A DNA stretch of 64,000 nucleotides from an uncultured Verrucomicrobiae bacterium (GCA_963718565.1 OY970364.1:1536001-1600000), one strand, 5' to 3'; shown: positions 32,208-43,272, numbered from the stretch's first letter. Notes: generated by a model from the letters alone, not told the origin. Translations and numbers: made by a program.

Positions 32208-32675
32208 CTACAACTGTTCTTTATCGACCAATGCAAACCCGATTTCAGCTTCGACTGCCAGTTGCTCATTGACCATTGCCTTAGCCATAATCCTTCCACC
32301 TTTATTGCTAAGATGCAACCCAGCGGCATGGAGAGTTAAGACATCGCCAGGGACAACAGGTTTTCTAAATTTAGCATTATTAATGTTGAGCAAGACTGCG
32401 ATTTTCTCACAGTATCCCTTTTTATGAACGAGAATTCCTCCCGTCTGCGCCAAGGCTTCTAGAATAAGCACGCCAGGCATAATTGGTACATCTGGAAAAT
32501 GACCCTGGAAAAATTGTTCGTTCACCGTGACATTTTTTTGCCCAATGATGACATTCTCCTCGAGGTTCAGATAAATGATCCGGTCAACGAGTAGAAAAGG
32601 ATAGCGGTGAGGTAAAATTTTGGCAATTTCCTTCACATTTAAAAGGATCGGTTGACTGAAAACTGCGGTGCCCAT
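32208..32675 (-). CDS. fabZ: 3-hydroxyacyl-ACP dehydratase
   Basis: LPHRYPFLLVD; FFQGHFP..PIMPGVLILEA. Confidence 0.97.
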   Translation of the reverse strand: MGTAVFSQPILLNVKEIAKILPHRYPFLLVDRIIYLNLEENVIIGQKNVTVNEQFFQGHFPDVPIMPGVLILEALAQTGGILVHKKGYCEKIAVLLNINNAKFRKPVVPGDVLTLHAAGLHLSNKGGRIMAKAMVNEQLAVEAEIGFALVDKEQL

Positions 32676-33586
32676 TACGAATTCTCCATTTTAATGTGAT
32701 TAAACAACTCTTTAGCAAATGCATTATTGGAGGCGTGGCCAGAACGTATTGCGACCACATGAGCCAGAAATGGGGGCACTAGTGACAGATCGCCGATTAG
32801 ATCTAAGATCTTATGCCGGACTATCTCATCAGAATAGCGCAAGCCATCTGGATTGACAACCGCATCTTTTTGAATGATGATCGCGTTGTCTAAACTTCCT
32901 CCTTTGAAGAACCCTTTCTTTATCATGGGTTCGATTTCTTCATAAATAGAAAAAGTTCGGCACGACGCAATTTCATTTTTAAATCTTTCTTGGTCGAGAA
33001 CAAATGTATAAAACTGGGTTCCAACTGTCACAGAATGGGGATAATGTGACGTATAGCTAATGCGATATTCCTCAGAGGGAAGGGCAATTAAGTGGATGTC
33101 CTCTTTGGACCAGAATATCGGCGTTTTAAGCCGGAAAACTTTTTTTTCAGATTCCAATTCACAAATTCCTGCTTCTTCAATCATCGTGACAAAATGCAAG
33201 GAACTCCCATCGAAAATAGGAACTTCACAACCAGAAATTTCAATCAAAACATTGTCAAGGCTATAAGCGCACAGGGCGGCGAGCAGATGTTCAACAGTCT
33301 GAACAAAGTCCTGACCATTGCCAATGACTGTACATCGCGGCGTCCCTTGCACGAATTCAGAGCGGGCAGGGAGAATTGGACGGTGGGGAAGATCGGTGCG
33401 CTGAAAGACAATTCCCGTGTTTTCCCTTGCAGGACATAAACGTATGGAAATTTTTTCACCATTGAAAAGCCCAACTCCCATTGCAGAAACGCTCCGCTGC
33501 AATGTGCGTTGTCTCATAGGCGATGGGGCGACCCGGCATGCTTTTAAAGCCGAAAGTTCACACGGGAATGACAATAGAGACCTCAA
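32675..33586 (-). CDS. lpxC: UDP-3-O-acyl-GlcNAc deacetylase (true start may lie downstream)
   Basis: TVEHLLAAL; HKILDLIGDL; SGH. Confidence 0.95.
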   Translation of the reverse strand: MRSLLSFPCELSALKACRVAPSPMRQRTLQRSVSAMGVGLFNGEKISIRLCPARENTGIVFQRTDLPHRPILPARSEFVQGTPRCTVIGNGQDFVQTVEHLLAALCAYSLDNVLIEISGCEVPIFDGSSLHFVTMIEEAGICELESEKKVFRLKTPIFWSKEDIHLIALPSEEYRISYTSHYPHSVTVGTQFYTFVLDQERFKNEIASCRTFSIYEEIEPMIKKGFFKGGSLDNAIIIQKDAVVNPDGLRYSDEIVRHKILDLIGDLSLVPPFLAHVVAIRSGHASNNAFAKELFNHIKMENS

Positions 33587-33870
33587 GGTTCTAATGGAAA
33601 GACATCTTTCCTCATGCTTAATCCTAAAGAAAATACCTAAAACCGAAGTTTTAATTCAAGACAAAAGGTAATGGAGCGATTCTCGCTGCATGCACTGCAG
33701 CGAGAATGTAAAATTATTGTTTACCACTTGGGTTTTTCCATATTATAAAGGAGTTAATTTATGTCAGACGATTACCAGAAAATCCTTTACAGCCAAAGTG
33801 GATCAAATTAACGATCTGTTTCCACAGATTGATCGTCGTCAGATTGAATCTGAGTTGCAAGACGCCTTAA

Positions 33871-35937
33871 CCTAAGTTCGCCCGAGAGAGCTGACCTAAG
33901 TCCCTCATAATCAACAACATTAAAATCAACCTTTGCTTTCGTAAGTCCCTTATTTTTAGTGCTTTGCTGTTTTTGCGAATTTGTAGTGACTGAAAATTTG
34001 TAAAATAATTATTTCATGTTTAAATAAATTCGATCCATCGGTAAGATCTGAGGGCATGTATATAAGAAAAACCCTCAAGACAGACCGTAAGAGCGGAAAA
34101 ACCTACTCTGCTTTTCACTTGGTTGAATCCGTGAGGACTGATAGAGGCCCGCGCCAACGCGCGCTTCTATACATGGGAGCCGAAATCAACCTCCCAGAAG
34201 AACAGCATGCACTTCTCGCTCAATGCATTGAAGATATTCTTACAAGTGCGCAATCGTTATTCGCTTATCCAGAAGAGATTCAAAAGCTAGCCCAATCTTA
34301 CACCTCGCAGATTGTGCGTCGTTTGTCCGACCCAGGAGACAACGCGGAACAACTAAAACAAGATCTACTACCTGAATTTGTCAATATCGACGTTCATTCA
34401 ATTGAACAGACTGAACCACGGTCTGTTGGTGCGGAACATCTCTTACTTCAGATGGGAAATCAACTCAAACTGCCGGAACAGCTGCAAAAACTAGGCCTTT
34501 CAAAAACAGATGCCGCAATTGCCTTGGGATCGATCGTTGCCAGGGCTGTACACCCAAGCAGCGAAAGGGAAGCTTATCGGTGGCTATGCACTAGCAGTGG
34601 TCTTGGCGAATTACTTGATTTCGACTTTACAAAAACTACTTTGCACAAGCTCTATAAAATCAGCGATACGTTGCTGTCTCATAAAGACGGGTTGGAAACA
34701 GCTTTAGAAACCATCGAACAGCAATTTCATGGATACAAAAGTACAATAGCTCTCTACGATTTAACCAATACGTATACAGAAGGGCGGGCTGAGGCAAATC
34801 CAAAAGCTGCCTATGGTCTTTCGAAAGAAAAACGAAATGATTGCCCTCTCATTACTATAGGGCTAGTCATGAATGAGCACGGATTTCTCATCAAAACCTC
34901 ATTACTTGCAGGAAATGCTTCAGAGCCCCAAACCCTACAAACAATGATCGCGAGCCTAAGTATTCACTCGTCTCTAATCAAGCCAACTATTGTATTGGAT
35001 GCAGGGATTGCTACCGAAGAGAATCTGACCTGGTTACGCAAGAATAGATATACGTATGTTGTCTCAGCAAGACAAGATCCTCCCGTTGTTGAATTTGAAG
35101 GACAATTAGTCTCAGTAGGTGATCAGCATGACCTAGTAAAAGCTGCCTTGATCAGTCAGGATGGTAATGAGGAAAATTGGCTCTATTGCGAATCTGAAGC
35201 AAAAGCAGCGGTCGCCTCAGGGATGAAGAAAAAATTTAGAAAACGATTTGAAGATGATCTACAAAAACTTGCGAATGGTCTTTCCAAACCTAAAGGGCGC
35301 AAGAAGCATAACAAAGTGCTTGAACGGGTAGGTCGGCTCAAGGAAAAGCATAAGAGAATTTCAGGATGCTATGAAGTCAATGCAATTCCTTCAGAAGATG
35401 GGCTCACCACAATTGCTGTGGAATGGAAGGTGATCGAAGAAAAAATGCAAGAAAAGCTCACTGGCTCCTATTTTCTGAGAACAAATCGAACCGATTTGGA
35501 AGCAAAAGAGTTATGGCAATTGTATAATGTTCTCAGAAGCGTTGAGGATGCGTTTCGATTTATGAAATCCTCATTAGGATTGCGTCCAGTCTATCACCAG
35601 AAGGAACATCGAGTGGACGGGCATTTATGGATCACCATACTTGCCTACCATCTAATCCAACACTGCAGGCACCAATTAATTCGAAAAGGGATAAACTATT
35701 TGTGGCAGACAATACGTAATATCATGATTACTCGAGTCCGAGTAACTGTGCGGGCCAAGACAACAGAAGGCAGGGTGCTCTACCACCGCAGCACTACAAA
35801 GGCAGAAGGCGAGCAAATAGAGATTTACAGGGCGCTGGGATTATCGTCTTCAATTCTCAGAGGTCATAAAACACTCGTTTAATTCAAGATGTAGTGACGA
35901 ATTTGCATAGCTCCTCTGGGAAAGCCGCGAACTTGGG
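33871..35937 (+). mobile_element. IS1634-family element, intact, flanked by TTAA on both sides
   Basis: TIR CCTAAGTTCGC / GCGAACTTGGG; TTAA at 33867-70 and 35938-41. Confidence 0.92.
34056..35882 (+). CDS. IS1634 transposase
   Basis: LYDLTNTY.EG; YGLSKEKR.D; VLDAGI; VEDAFRFMKS.LGLRPVYH. Confidence 0.93.
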   Translation: MYIRKTLKTDRKSGKTYSAFHLVESVRTDRGPRQRALLYMGAEINLPEEQHALLAQCIEDILTSAQSLFAYPEEIQKLAQSYTSQIVRRLSDPGDNAEQLKQDLLPEFVNIDVHSIEQTEPRSVGAEHLLLQMGNQLKLPEQLQKLGLSKTDAAIALGSIVARAVHPSSEREAYRWLCTSSGLGELLDFDFTKTTLHKLYKISDTLLSHKDGLETALETIEQQFHGYKSTIALYDLTNTYTEGRAEANPKAAYGLSKEKRNDCPLITIGLVMNEHGFLIKTSLLAGNASEPQTLQTMIASLSIHSSLIKPTIVLDAGIATEENLTWLRKNRYTYVVSARQDPPVVEFEGQLVSVGDQHDLVKAALISQDGNEENWLYCESEAKAAVASGMKKKFRKRFEDDLQKLANGLSKPKGRKKHNKVLERVGRLKEKHKRISGCYEVNAIPSEDGLTTIAVEWKVIEEKMQEKLTGSYFLRTNRTDLEAKELWQLYNVLRSVEDAFRFMKSSLGLRPVYHQKEHRVDGHLWITILAYHLIQHCRHQLIRKGINYLWQTIRNIMITRVRVTVRAKTTEGRVLYHRSTTKAEGEQIEIYRALGLSSSILRGHKTLV

Positions 35938-37628
35938 TTAATAGAAAAGCACGGCGAAGCAATACTTGATAAACTCATTCTCCAATGATAAAGAAGAAAA
36001 ATGAGACAAATCCCGATGGCTCCTCCTTCTCCCCAAAAGGAAAACAAGGTAGGAAAATGAAAAGCTGTCAAAGGATAGTTTAAAACTCCCACGTGCTGTC
36101 CGCCAGCCTCTGCAGCTTCAAACGTTGCGAGAAGCTGGCCAAAGCAATCGATGACCGCTGTGACCCCAGAATTGCAAGCGCGAATCAGCGGAATGCCATT
36201 TTCCACGGCTCTTAAGCGTGCATGATAAAGATGCTGTTTATGTAGACTCGAATCGGGATAATAATTGTCATTGGTGACGTTGACAAATAGCTCGGCTCCT
36301 TTGGTACGTCCGTTGCGCATCACTTCAGAAAATGTTTCTTCATAGCAGATCGAGGGGCTGAAAAGAACTTTATCGCCAAAGATTTTTGTTCCTTCGCCGT
36401 GTGAAAAAAAGTCATAAATCCCGTAATTTTTGGTCAGAGGTTTCAAAAAATCAAACGGGAGATATTCAGCCAAAGGGAGTAAAATCTGTTTGTCATATCT
36501 CTGGAACAAAAGGCTATCCGGCTTGAAATAAAAGGCAGAATTGAAATTTTTGCCAAGAACTCGGTCCGAATGGTCTAAGCCAGCGACGACTTCAGCATGG
36601 TAAAGATTTGCAAGAGCCTGGCACCAAAAAAGATTGGAAACACACCAGATCTCTTGCCCTTGATAATAACGCTGCTGAGCAAAAGGGGCACGAAGTGGAG
36701 GCAGTTTTTTTTCAGATTCAGGCCCAAATGCTGCAATCCATACTTCTCTTGCTTTGCCATAAGGATAACCGCTCAAATCGGATGGCATTGGAACTGCGGC
36801 TTCCGGCAATACGATGAGGTCCCAATGCTCTTTTTGTTTTTCTTTAAGAAAATGAAGAATCTGTTTCCATTGTTCGAAAGGAACAATGAAATCTTTCATT
36901 CGATCGGAATGAGGAGTTTTTTCCGAAGGCAGAAGATCTGTTTGGATCAGGGCGACATCAAGAGTTCTTTTTTCAGCGCGGCTTGCATCTTGATATAAGT
37001 TGAGTTGTGCGATGCCGAAAAGATAAGGAATGCTGGAAAAAATCAGCCAATAGACTGTTTGCTTACCCCTGATCCTGGACCGCAAAGCATTTAAGCCAAT
37101 GAGGTTGGTGAGCATCACCCAAAATGACAATCCTAAGACACCAAACAGGCTCGCAAATTGAAGCGAAGAGATAAACGAAGTCAATGCCAGTCCAATCGGA
37201 TTCCAAGAAAGTCCACACAGGATTAACAAACGCATCCATTCCATTAAAGTCCACAGGGAAGTACAGAATAAAATGTTTCGCATCGATAATTTTTCTTCGT
37301 TGAGAACGCACACAGTCAATAGGCCGAATTGACAACCTAGCCAAAGTGAAATCAGAGAATAAATGAACAGAATGTAATACCCTTGAAACTCAATAGAGGT
37401 CATCCAGGAAAGCTGGATCAGTTGAACCGTTGTGAACCAGATGCATCCTGCCATGAATTTTTTCGGACGAGAGACTAAACGAGAAATGCAAGTGAAAAAC
37501 AACGCATAGCCAACGACAGCAGCTACAGGCCCAAGCCAGCCTAGCCGCGCAGGCTGGCCTAAACCGACGATGCAAAGGCTTAAAAGAAAAAAAATGGGAC
37601 TCTTAATTCTCTTAATCCTCTTGAACAT
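35850..37628 (-). CDS. lnt: Apolipoprotein N-acyltransferase with an IS-derived C-terminus
   Basis: LPEAA; YDKQILLPLAEY; ICYE; NVTND; RAVENG. Confidence 0.93.
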   Translation of the reverse strand: MFKRIKRIKSPIFFLLSLCIVGLGQPARLGWLGPVAAVVGYALFFTCISRLVSRPKKFMAGCIWFTTVQLIQLSWMTSIEFQGYYILFIYSLISLWLGCQFGLLTVCVLNEEKLSMRNILFCTSLWTLMEWMRLLILCGLSWNPIGLALTSFISSLQFASLFGVLGLSFWVMLTNLIGLNALRSRIRGKQTVYWLIFSSIPYLFGIAQLNLYQDASRAEKRTLDVALIQTDLLPSEKTPHSDRMKDFIVPFEQWKQILHFLKEKQKEHWDLIVLPEAAVPMPSDLSGYPYGKAREVWIAAFGPESEKKLPPLRAPFAQQRYYQGQEIWCVSNLFWCQALANLYHAEVVAGLDHSDRVLGKNFNSAFYFKPDSLLFQRYDKQILLPLAEYLPFDFLKPLTKNYGIYDFFSHGEGTKIFGDKVLFSPSICYEETFSEVMRNGRTKGAELFVNVTNDNYYPDSSLHKQHLYHARLRAVENGIPLIRACNSGVTAVIDCFGQLLATFEAAEAGGQHVGVLNYPLTAFHFPTLFSFWGEGGAIGICLIFLLYHWRMSLSSIASPCFSINPSSRLSQRSYANSSLHLELNECFMTSEN

Positions 37629-38082
37629 CGCTTTTTTCAGTTTTGCGGCCTTTGCCCAAAGCTAAAACAACAAGGAGACCGCCCAGGATGCTCACATTCT
37701 TCATGAAATGGATCATCTGCATTTCCCTGTCGACTCCCTGAAGCTCCCAAAAGTGATGAAAGGTCATCGTCGTCGGAATCAAAAAAAGGATCAGGAGGAA
37801 AGCGCCAAATCGAACCCAGAGGCTTAGAAAGACCAAGAGACCTCCAACGATTTCGAAAACTACAGCGATGACAAGCAGGAGGAAAGCGTTCGCCAGCCCA
37901 AATTCAATCGCATTTTGGAGAGTGGGATTTCCTACGCTAACGGCTAGCCAGCTTGTCAATGCTTGCGTGAAGCACTGCTCTGTACTTTGCCAAATCAAAA
38001 TTTTATTCACTCCAGAAGCGATAAAAATAATACTGAGCAGTGCACGGCCTAAAAAGGCGATTAGAGATTGGATGAAGTTCAT
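37612..38082 (-). CDS. DoxX/SURF4-family membrane protein
   Basis: GRALLSIIFIASG; FEIVGG; HHFW; FMKNVSILGG. Confidence 0.85.
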   Translation of the reverse strand: MNFIQSLIAFLGRALLSIIFIASGVNKILIWQSTEQCFTQALTSWLAVSVGNPTLQNAIEFGLANAFLLLVIAVVFEIVGGLLVFLSLWVRFGAFLLILFLIPTTMTFHHFWELQGVDREMQMIHFMKNVSILGGLLVVLALGKGRKTEKSDVQED

Positions 38083-38217
38083 AAGAGATTCCTTATCTGG
38101 GTCACAATTTTTTTTGAAGCATGAATTTTAAACAACTTTCATCTATATTGAAACAAATTACCACAACAACATTTCTCAATTAACAAGTTTTTATGGATAG
38201 GCTCTAAAAACAGCAAT

Positions 38218-39351
38218 ATGCGCAGACCTTTTCGCGAACATCATCTATTGCAAATCTTTAGCTCTTTTGAAAAGCAATCGCTTCCCCTCGATGTTTTTTT
38301 ACGCCACTATTTTCGCGCCCATACTGCTGTCGGCTCCAAGGATAGAAAAGAGATCTGTGAAACAATTTATGGAATCATCCGCTGGAGAGGCCTCCTCGAT
38401 CACATCTCCGAAAAACCGCTTTCTTGGGAAAACCGTTTCCGCGCTTTTATCAAGTTTTCCCCAAATGATGATTGCGATCCCGCTCTTCCTGCCCACATTC
38501 GCGTCAGTTTTTCTAAATCCTTGTACCAACTCCTATCCGACAGCCTTGGAGAGGAAAAAGCTTTCCAATTTTGTCTTTCCTGTAACGAGCCTGCTCCCAC
38601 CACAATTCGCGTTAACCTGTTAAAGACCACCAGAAATGCGCTCCTTGAAAGTTGGCAAAACCGCTATCCAGTGTCGCCCTGCCGACACTCGCCAGTCGGC
38701 ATTCGCTTTGAAGAGAAAATCAATTTCTTCGGGATGGAAGAGTTCAAAAAAGGTTATTTTGAAATCCAGGATGAAGCAAGTCAGCTGATTGCAGAGCTGA
38801 TCGCCATTGAGCCTGGAATGCGCTTTTTGGACTATTGCGCTGGATCAGGAGGAAAATCCCTAGCTGTTGCACCTCGACTGAGTGGACGCGGTCAACTTTT
38901 CCTACACGATGTCCGCCCTCAGGTGCTTCTCGAAGCCAAAAAACGACTCAAAAGGGCAGGCATCCAAAATGCTCAGCTTCTTCCTGCTGATTCTCCCAAT
39001 AAGCGGCTGTTAACATTGAAAATGGACTGGGTGCTTGTCGACGCACCTTGCAGCGGCACTGGCACACTGCGTCGCAATCCTGATATGAAATGGAAATTTG
39101 ACAATCAAACTGTGCAAAGGATCGTTCAAGAACAAAGACAGATCTTCGAAGAAGCGCTTACTTACCTTAAACCTAATGGGCATATCGTTTATGCGACTTG
39201 CAGCGTCCTTCCCCAAGAAAATCAGTATCAAGCTGCTTATTTTCTCGAACGGCATCCTCTGGAACAGGTTGGTGAAGTTTTTTGTTCTTTTCCAACAACT
39301 GGCGAAATGGATGGCTTCTTCGGCATTGTCTTTAAAAAAAAGAAGGAGTAA
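38218..39351 (+). CDS. RsmB/NOP RNA m5C methyltransferase (Fmu-like)
   Basis: QDEASQ; DYCAGSGGK; VDAPCSGTG; YATCS. Confidence 0.92.
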   Translation: MRRPFREHHLLQIFSSFEKQSLPLDVFLRHYFRAHTAVGSKDRKEICETIYGIIRWRGLLDHISEKPLSWENRFRAFIKFSPNDDCDPALPAHIRVSFSKSLYQLLSDSLGEEKAFQFCLSCNEPAPTTIRVNLLKTTRNALLESWQNRYPVSPCRHSPVGIRFEEKINFFGMEEFKKGYFEIQDEASQLIAELIAIEPGMRFLDYCAGSGGKSLAVAPRLSGRGQLFLHDVRPQVLLEAKKRLKRAGIQNAQLLPADSPNKRLLTLKMDWVLVDAPCSGTGTLRRNPDMKWKFDNQTVQRIVQEQRQIFEEALTYLKPNGHIVYATCSVLPQENQYQAAYFLERHPLEQVGEVFCSFPTTGEMDGFFGIVFKKKKE

Positions 39352-39361
39352 ATTTTGCTCT

Positions 39362-40411
39362 ATGAAAATCTATTTATTGTTAATTGCATCCACTTGCTTA
39401 AGCTCTCTGATCAGCGAAGAAATCGCTCCCCCTCTTATTCCAACAATGGAGGAGCCACAAGAATTGGTGATCTACAACCGCATCTTGGCCAAAGTCAATG
39501 GCAAGACGATTTCTGTGATCGATGTGATGAAAAAAATGGACCTTTTTTTGCAAAAATATTACCCGCAATTCGCCAGCTCTAAGTTGCCCCGTTATCAGTT
39601 CTACTCTTCCCAATGGAGAGAATATCTTAGGCAAATGATCGATCAGGAACTCATGATCGCCGATGCTGAAAAATTAGAAGTCAAAGTGACTGACGCGGAG
39701 GTTCGAGAAGAACTACTGACGCGCTTTGGGCCGAATATCATGACAGCTTTAGATCATATCGGATTGACTTATGATGAAGCGCGCAAGATGATCCATGACG
39801 AAATGCTTGTGCAGAGAATGGTTTGGTTCCGAGTCAATTCAAAAGCCTTGAATAAGATTAACTCTTCCCATGTCAAAGAGGCCTACAAACAGTTTTGTGA
39901 AAAGAATCCTGAACTTGAAGAGTGGCAATACCAGGTGCTCTCTATTCGCTCCTCAAATAAAGAGGCTAGCGCAGCATTGGCAACACGTGCTTTTGAGCTT
40001 TTGCAATCTCAGTTAGACTTAAGCAAAGTTGCGAACGAATTACAAACAGCTGAAGAATCGATTTCTGTCACTCTTTCTCCTGAAGTGCAAGCCGATGAGA
40101 AAAGTATTTCCTCATCTCATCAAGAAGTTCTCAAAACTCTTTCTGACAACTCTTTCAGTGCGCCCATAGCCCAAGTCAGCCGCGTTGATCACTCCGTGGT
40201 CTATCGCATTTTCTACTTAAAAAACCACACCAAAAAAATCATTCCTCCTTTTGAAAAAATGGCCGATCAATTGAAAGACGAGCTTCTCCAAGAAGCAGCT
40301 AACAAAGAAAACTCTCAATATATCTCCAAACTGCGCGATCGCTTAGGCTATGACGAAAAACAGATGACCGAAACGCTGCCTAAAGATTTCCAACCCTTTG
40401 CGATTCGATGA
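39362..40411 (+). CDS. SurA N-terminal-domain chaperone-like protein
   Basis: Signal peptide; NRILAKVNG; MIDQELMIADA. Confidence 0.75.
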   Translation: MKIYLLLIASTCLSSLISEEIAPPLIPTMEEPQELVIYNRILAKVNGKTISVIDVMKKMDLFLQKYYPQFASSKLPRYQFYSSQWREYLRQMIDQELMIADAEKLEVKVTDAEVREELLTRFGPNIMTALDHIGLTYDEARKMIHDEMLVQRMVWFRVNSKALNKINSSHVKEAYKQFCEKNPELEEWQYQVLSIRSSNKEASAALATRAFELLQSQLDLSKVANELQTAEESISVTLSPEVQADEKSISSSHQEVLKTLSDNSFSAPIAQVSRVDHSVVYRIFYLKNHTKKIIPPFEKMADQLKDELLQEAANKENSQYISKLRDRLGYDEKQMTETLPKDFQPFAIR

Positions 40412-41247
40412 AGCTCTTCAAGCCCTCTGAACTTCAGGCTTTCCTTAAGGAACGAGGGGTGCATGCCAAAAAGGGCCTTTCGCAAAATTTTCTGATCGAT
40501 GGAAACATTATTCAAAAAATTATCGATATGGCTTCAGTTTCCAAAGAAGATCTCGTCATTGAAATCGGGTCTGGACCCGGTGCGTTGACTGAAGCACTTC
40601 TAGAAAAAGGAGCCTTTGTGACTGCCATCGAGATGGACGCCCTTTTTGCAAAAGAACTGCAGCGACTACAAACCCCAGATCACCGCCTCAATATTATCTG
40701 CAGCGATGTCTTGAAATTTCCTCTCGACAATTTTTTACAAAAACATCCAGAAAAAACATATAAAGTCGTCGCTAATCTTCCTTACCATATCACCACTCCC
40801 ATTCTCATTCTTTTGCTGCCTCTTTATCCATCCATCGAGTCGCTTACGATCATGGTTCAAAAGGAATTTGCGGATCGCATGATCGCTGAAAAAAGAACGC
40901 CGGAATACAGTAGCTTCACACTTTTTCTTCAATTTTATGCCAGTATAGATAAAAGTTTTACGGTAAGCCCCCATTGCTTTTATCCGAAACCTAAGGTGTA
41001 CTCTTCTGTCGTCCACTGCACACTTCATCCTCCTCTACTCAAGACCAATTCCGATGCGTTCTTTTTACTGACGAGAACGGCCTTTGGGAAGAGAAGAAAA
41101 ATGCTGCGCACATCCTTGAAAGATCTTTATGCAGCTGAAGAATTGGAACAAGCCCTAGCACACTTAGGGCATCCCCATACTGCAAGGCCTGAAGAGCTTA
41201 CTATCGATGAATTCATTGCTCTCTTCCATCTATTAAACGCTTCTTAA
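40408..41247 (+). CDS. rsmA: 16S rRNA dimethyltransferase
   Basis: SQNFLID; EIGSGPG; VANLPY. Confidence 0.95.
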   Translation: MKLFKPSELQAFLKERGVHAKKGLSQNFLIDGNIIQKIIDMASVSKEDLVIEIGSGPGALTEALLEKGAFVTAIEMDALFAKELQRLQTPDHRLNIICSDVLKFPLDNFLQKHPEKTYKVVANLPYHITTPILILLLPLYPSIESLTIMVQKEFADRMIAEKRTPEYSSFTLFLQFYASIDKSFTVSPHCFYPKPKVYSSVVHCTLHPPLLKTNSDAFFLLTRTAFGKRRKMLRTSLKDLYAAEELEQALAHLGHPHTARPEELTIDEFIALFHLLNAS

Positions 41248-41263
41248 CGGAGGGAATTGCAAA

Positions 41264-42568
41264 TTAATCGCATGTGCCCTTAGACCGGTGAGAATAGTAA
41301 AAAGTGCTGGTAAGAATGAGTATGCCGCCTACTGCCATGCACAGGGCCACATGGTCCCAAATTCCCTGTTTCACTTTTTTCCAAACCAGGAGAACCTGAT
41401 GGCGTAGCGTGGGTTCTACTGCTCTTACTGCAAATAGCGGAGCAGAGGAGAGTAATTGATTTTCGGATGAGAAGATCTGCATCTCGGCAACCTTTTGGCC
41501 TGCTAGAATAGGTAGTGGGGGGACTTGCCATGAAACAGCGGTTCTAAACAAGGGCTCTTCAGAGGGAAAATACTCCAGGACAATCTCTTGAGAAAGATAA
41601 GCTTGCAACAGAGTGTTGCCCCCTTCCAGCGCGTGATTAAAAAGATCAAATCCCTTTGAAAACAAAGTGCGCGATACTTTTTTTTCATGGAACCCTGCTT
41701 CAAACAAAGCGATGGCATCTTTGTACCTCTGCTCAATTTTTTCGCACCCCAAAAACACAGCGATGAGCTTTCGCTGGGGATCTTCTGCCGCTGCGACCAT
41801 CGTATAGCCGCCGCTGAGTGTATAACCTGTTTTAATTCCAATCGCCTTAGGATAGTAAAAACGCCCTGGTTTGATTAAAGCGTTATGCTGGTAAAGAATG
41901 GATTCAGGCTGCTTATTAGTTGGGAGACGGGGAAATTGGGTGGATTTGACAACTTCTCGAAAAAAGGGGTTTTTCATTGCTTCGCGCGCTAAAATAGCTA
42001 AATCATAGGCTGTTGTCTTATGTTCTGGGCAAGGGAGTCCATGCGGAGTGTGCAAAATAGTATCCAAACATCCCTTTTCATGCACAAATCTATTCAACTC
42101 CTCCATAAAATGGGTAACACTTCCAGAGACGTACTCTGCAATCACATTTGCGGCATCATTGCCCGATGCCAGCATCAGGCCGTAGAACAATGTCCGCAAG
42201 GGAAGGGTTTCTCCGGCCTTGATGCCCATATGCGTCCCTCCAAATTCCAGCCTATAAGGAAGATGTCCGCCATTGCCTGCTCTTCTGACATTAGGATGTA
42301 CGGTGGCCACAGCATCATACGAGGCAGTGACGAGCTCATCTAAGACATGCCCTTTTTTTTCAAGAGCATACAAAGCAGTGATGATTTTGGTCGTGCTAGC
42401 AGGATAAAAAGACGCCCTCGCATTTTTTTCCCAGAGGACCGCTCCCGTTTCAGCATTCATTAAAATAGCCCCTTTGGCTGAGACTTCAACCTTTAGGGGG
42501 GAGGAGGCGTGCAGGGGCAAAAAGAGGAACAAATAGAGAAAGAGGAGAATGCGAGGCTCGATTTTCAT
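41264..42568 (-). CDS. D-Ala-D-Ala carboxypeptidase (S11)
   Basis: PASTTK; SGNDAA; KTGYT; C-terminal membrane anchor. Confidence 0.92.
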   Translation of the reverse strand: MKIEPRILLFLYLFLFLPLHASSPLKVEVSAKGAILMNAETGAVLWEKNARASFYPASTTKIITALYALEKKGHVLDELVTASYDAVATVHPNVRRAGNGGHLPYRLEFGGTHMGIKAGETLPLRTLFYGLMLASGNDAANVIAEYVSGSVTHFMEELNRFVHEKGCLDTILHTPHGLPCPEHKTTAYDLAILAREAMKNPFFREVVKSTQFPRLPTNKQPESILYQHNALIKPGRFYYPKAIGIKTGYTLSGGYTMVAAAEDPQRKLIAVFLGCEKIEQRYKDAIALFEAGFHEKKVSRTLFSKGFDLFNHALEGGNTLLQAYLSQEIVLEYFPSEEPLFRTAVSWQVPPLPILAGQKVAEMQIFSSENQLLSSAPLFAVRAVEPTLRHQVLLVWKKVKQGIWDHVALCMAVGGILILTSTFYYSHRSKGTCD

Positions 42569-42837
42569 TTGAAATTCCAAAAAATTTTTACTCTTCGACT
42601 TGTTGTTTGAGAGAATAAAGAAGCTAACATGGTGAAAATGAACATGTTCGAACCTTAATATGGCAAAAAATCTATCAAAACTCAAGCCTGATTTTTTAAA
42701 AAAATTTTACAACACACTTTAAAAAAATGAGTAAAGTAATAAGTATAAAAATTTTAGTTAACACGCTTGACAACCCCCTCTCTTTGCAGCTAAACTTAAA
42801 GAGAAGGCGGGAAAATGAGGAGAGGAGCTCAAGACCA

Positions 42838-43272
42838 ATGATTAACCCAAATATTTTGGAAGAAGCCTATAAGGAATTTTCCAAGGACCTTTTGAAATGG
42901 GTCCCTGATGGGATTATACAAGTGGATCTAAAACTGCTCAACAATTTGGGCTTGCTTAATAACGCAGAGTTGGAACATTCGATTAGCGACGACCAGCTCA
43001 ACCACTATTTTCACATCATTGAAACTCCGGACAAAGTCACTTTATTCAATGAACAGTTTGCGATTTGGATTATTCCTCATCTCGTCGATGAGACTCCGAC
43101 GACAACAACACTGATCGCTTTGCTACAAACCAATAAGCCGCATTTAGAAATCGCTTATTTGACCTCAGGCGTCTACAACACACCCAAATACATTCTAAAA
43201 GTGCTGCAGCATTTCTTGGCAGAAGTTCAAGATACCGAAGCTGTCATTTCCGCAATGGGTAAAAAGCAGTGA
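42838..43272 (+). CDS. Chlamydial conserved hypothetical protein (CT550-like by position)
   Basis: RBS plus ATG; divergent from the carboxypeptidase gene. Confidence 0.7.
   Translation: MINPNILEEAYKEFSKDLLKWVPDGIIQVDLKLLNNLGLLNNAELEHSISDDQLNHYFHIIETPDKVTLFNEQFAIWIIPHLVDETPTTTTLIALLQTNKPHLEIAYLTSGVYNTPKYILKVLQHFLAEVQDTEAVISAMGKKQ

Noticed and set aside
33679..33707. 12-bp-stem hairpin upstream of lpxC as a riboswitch or sRNA
   Set aside because: A single stem with no further recognisable structure; cannot support more than a possible terminator or operator
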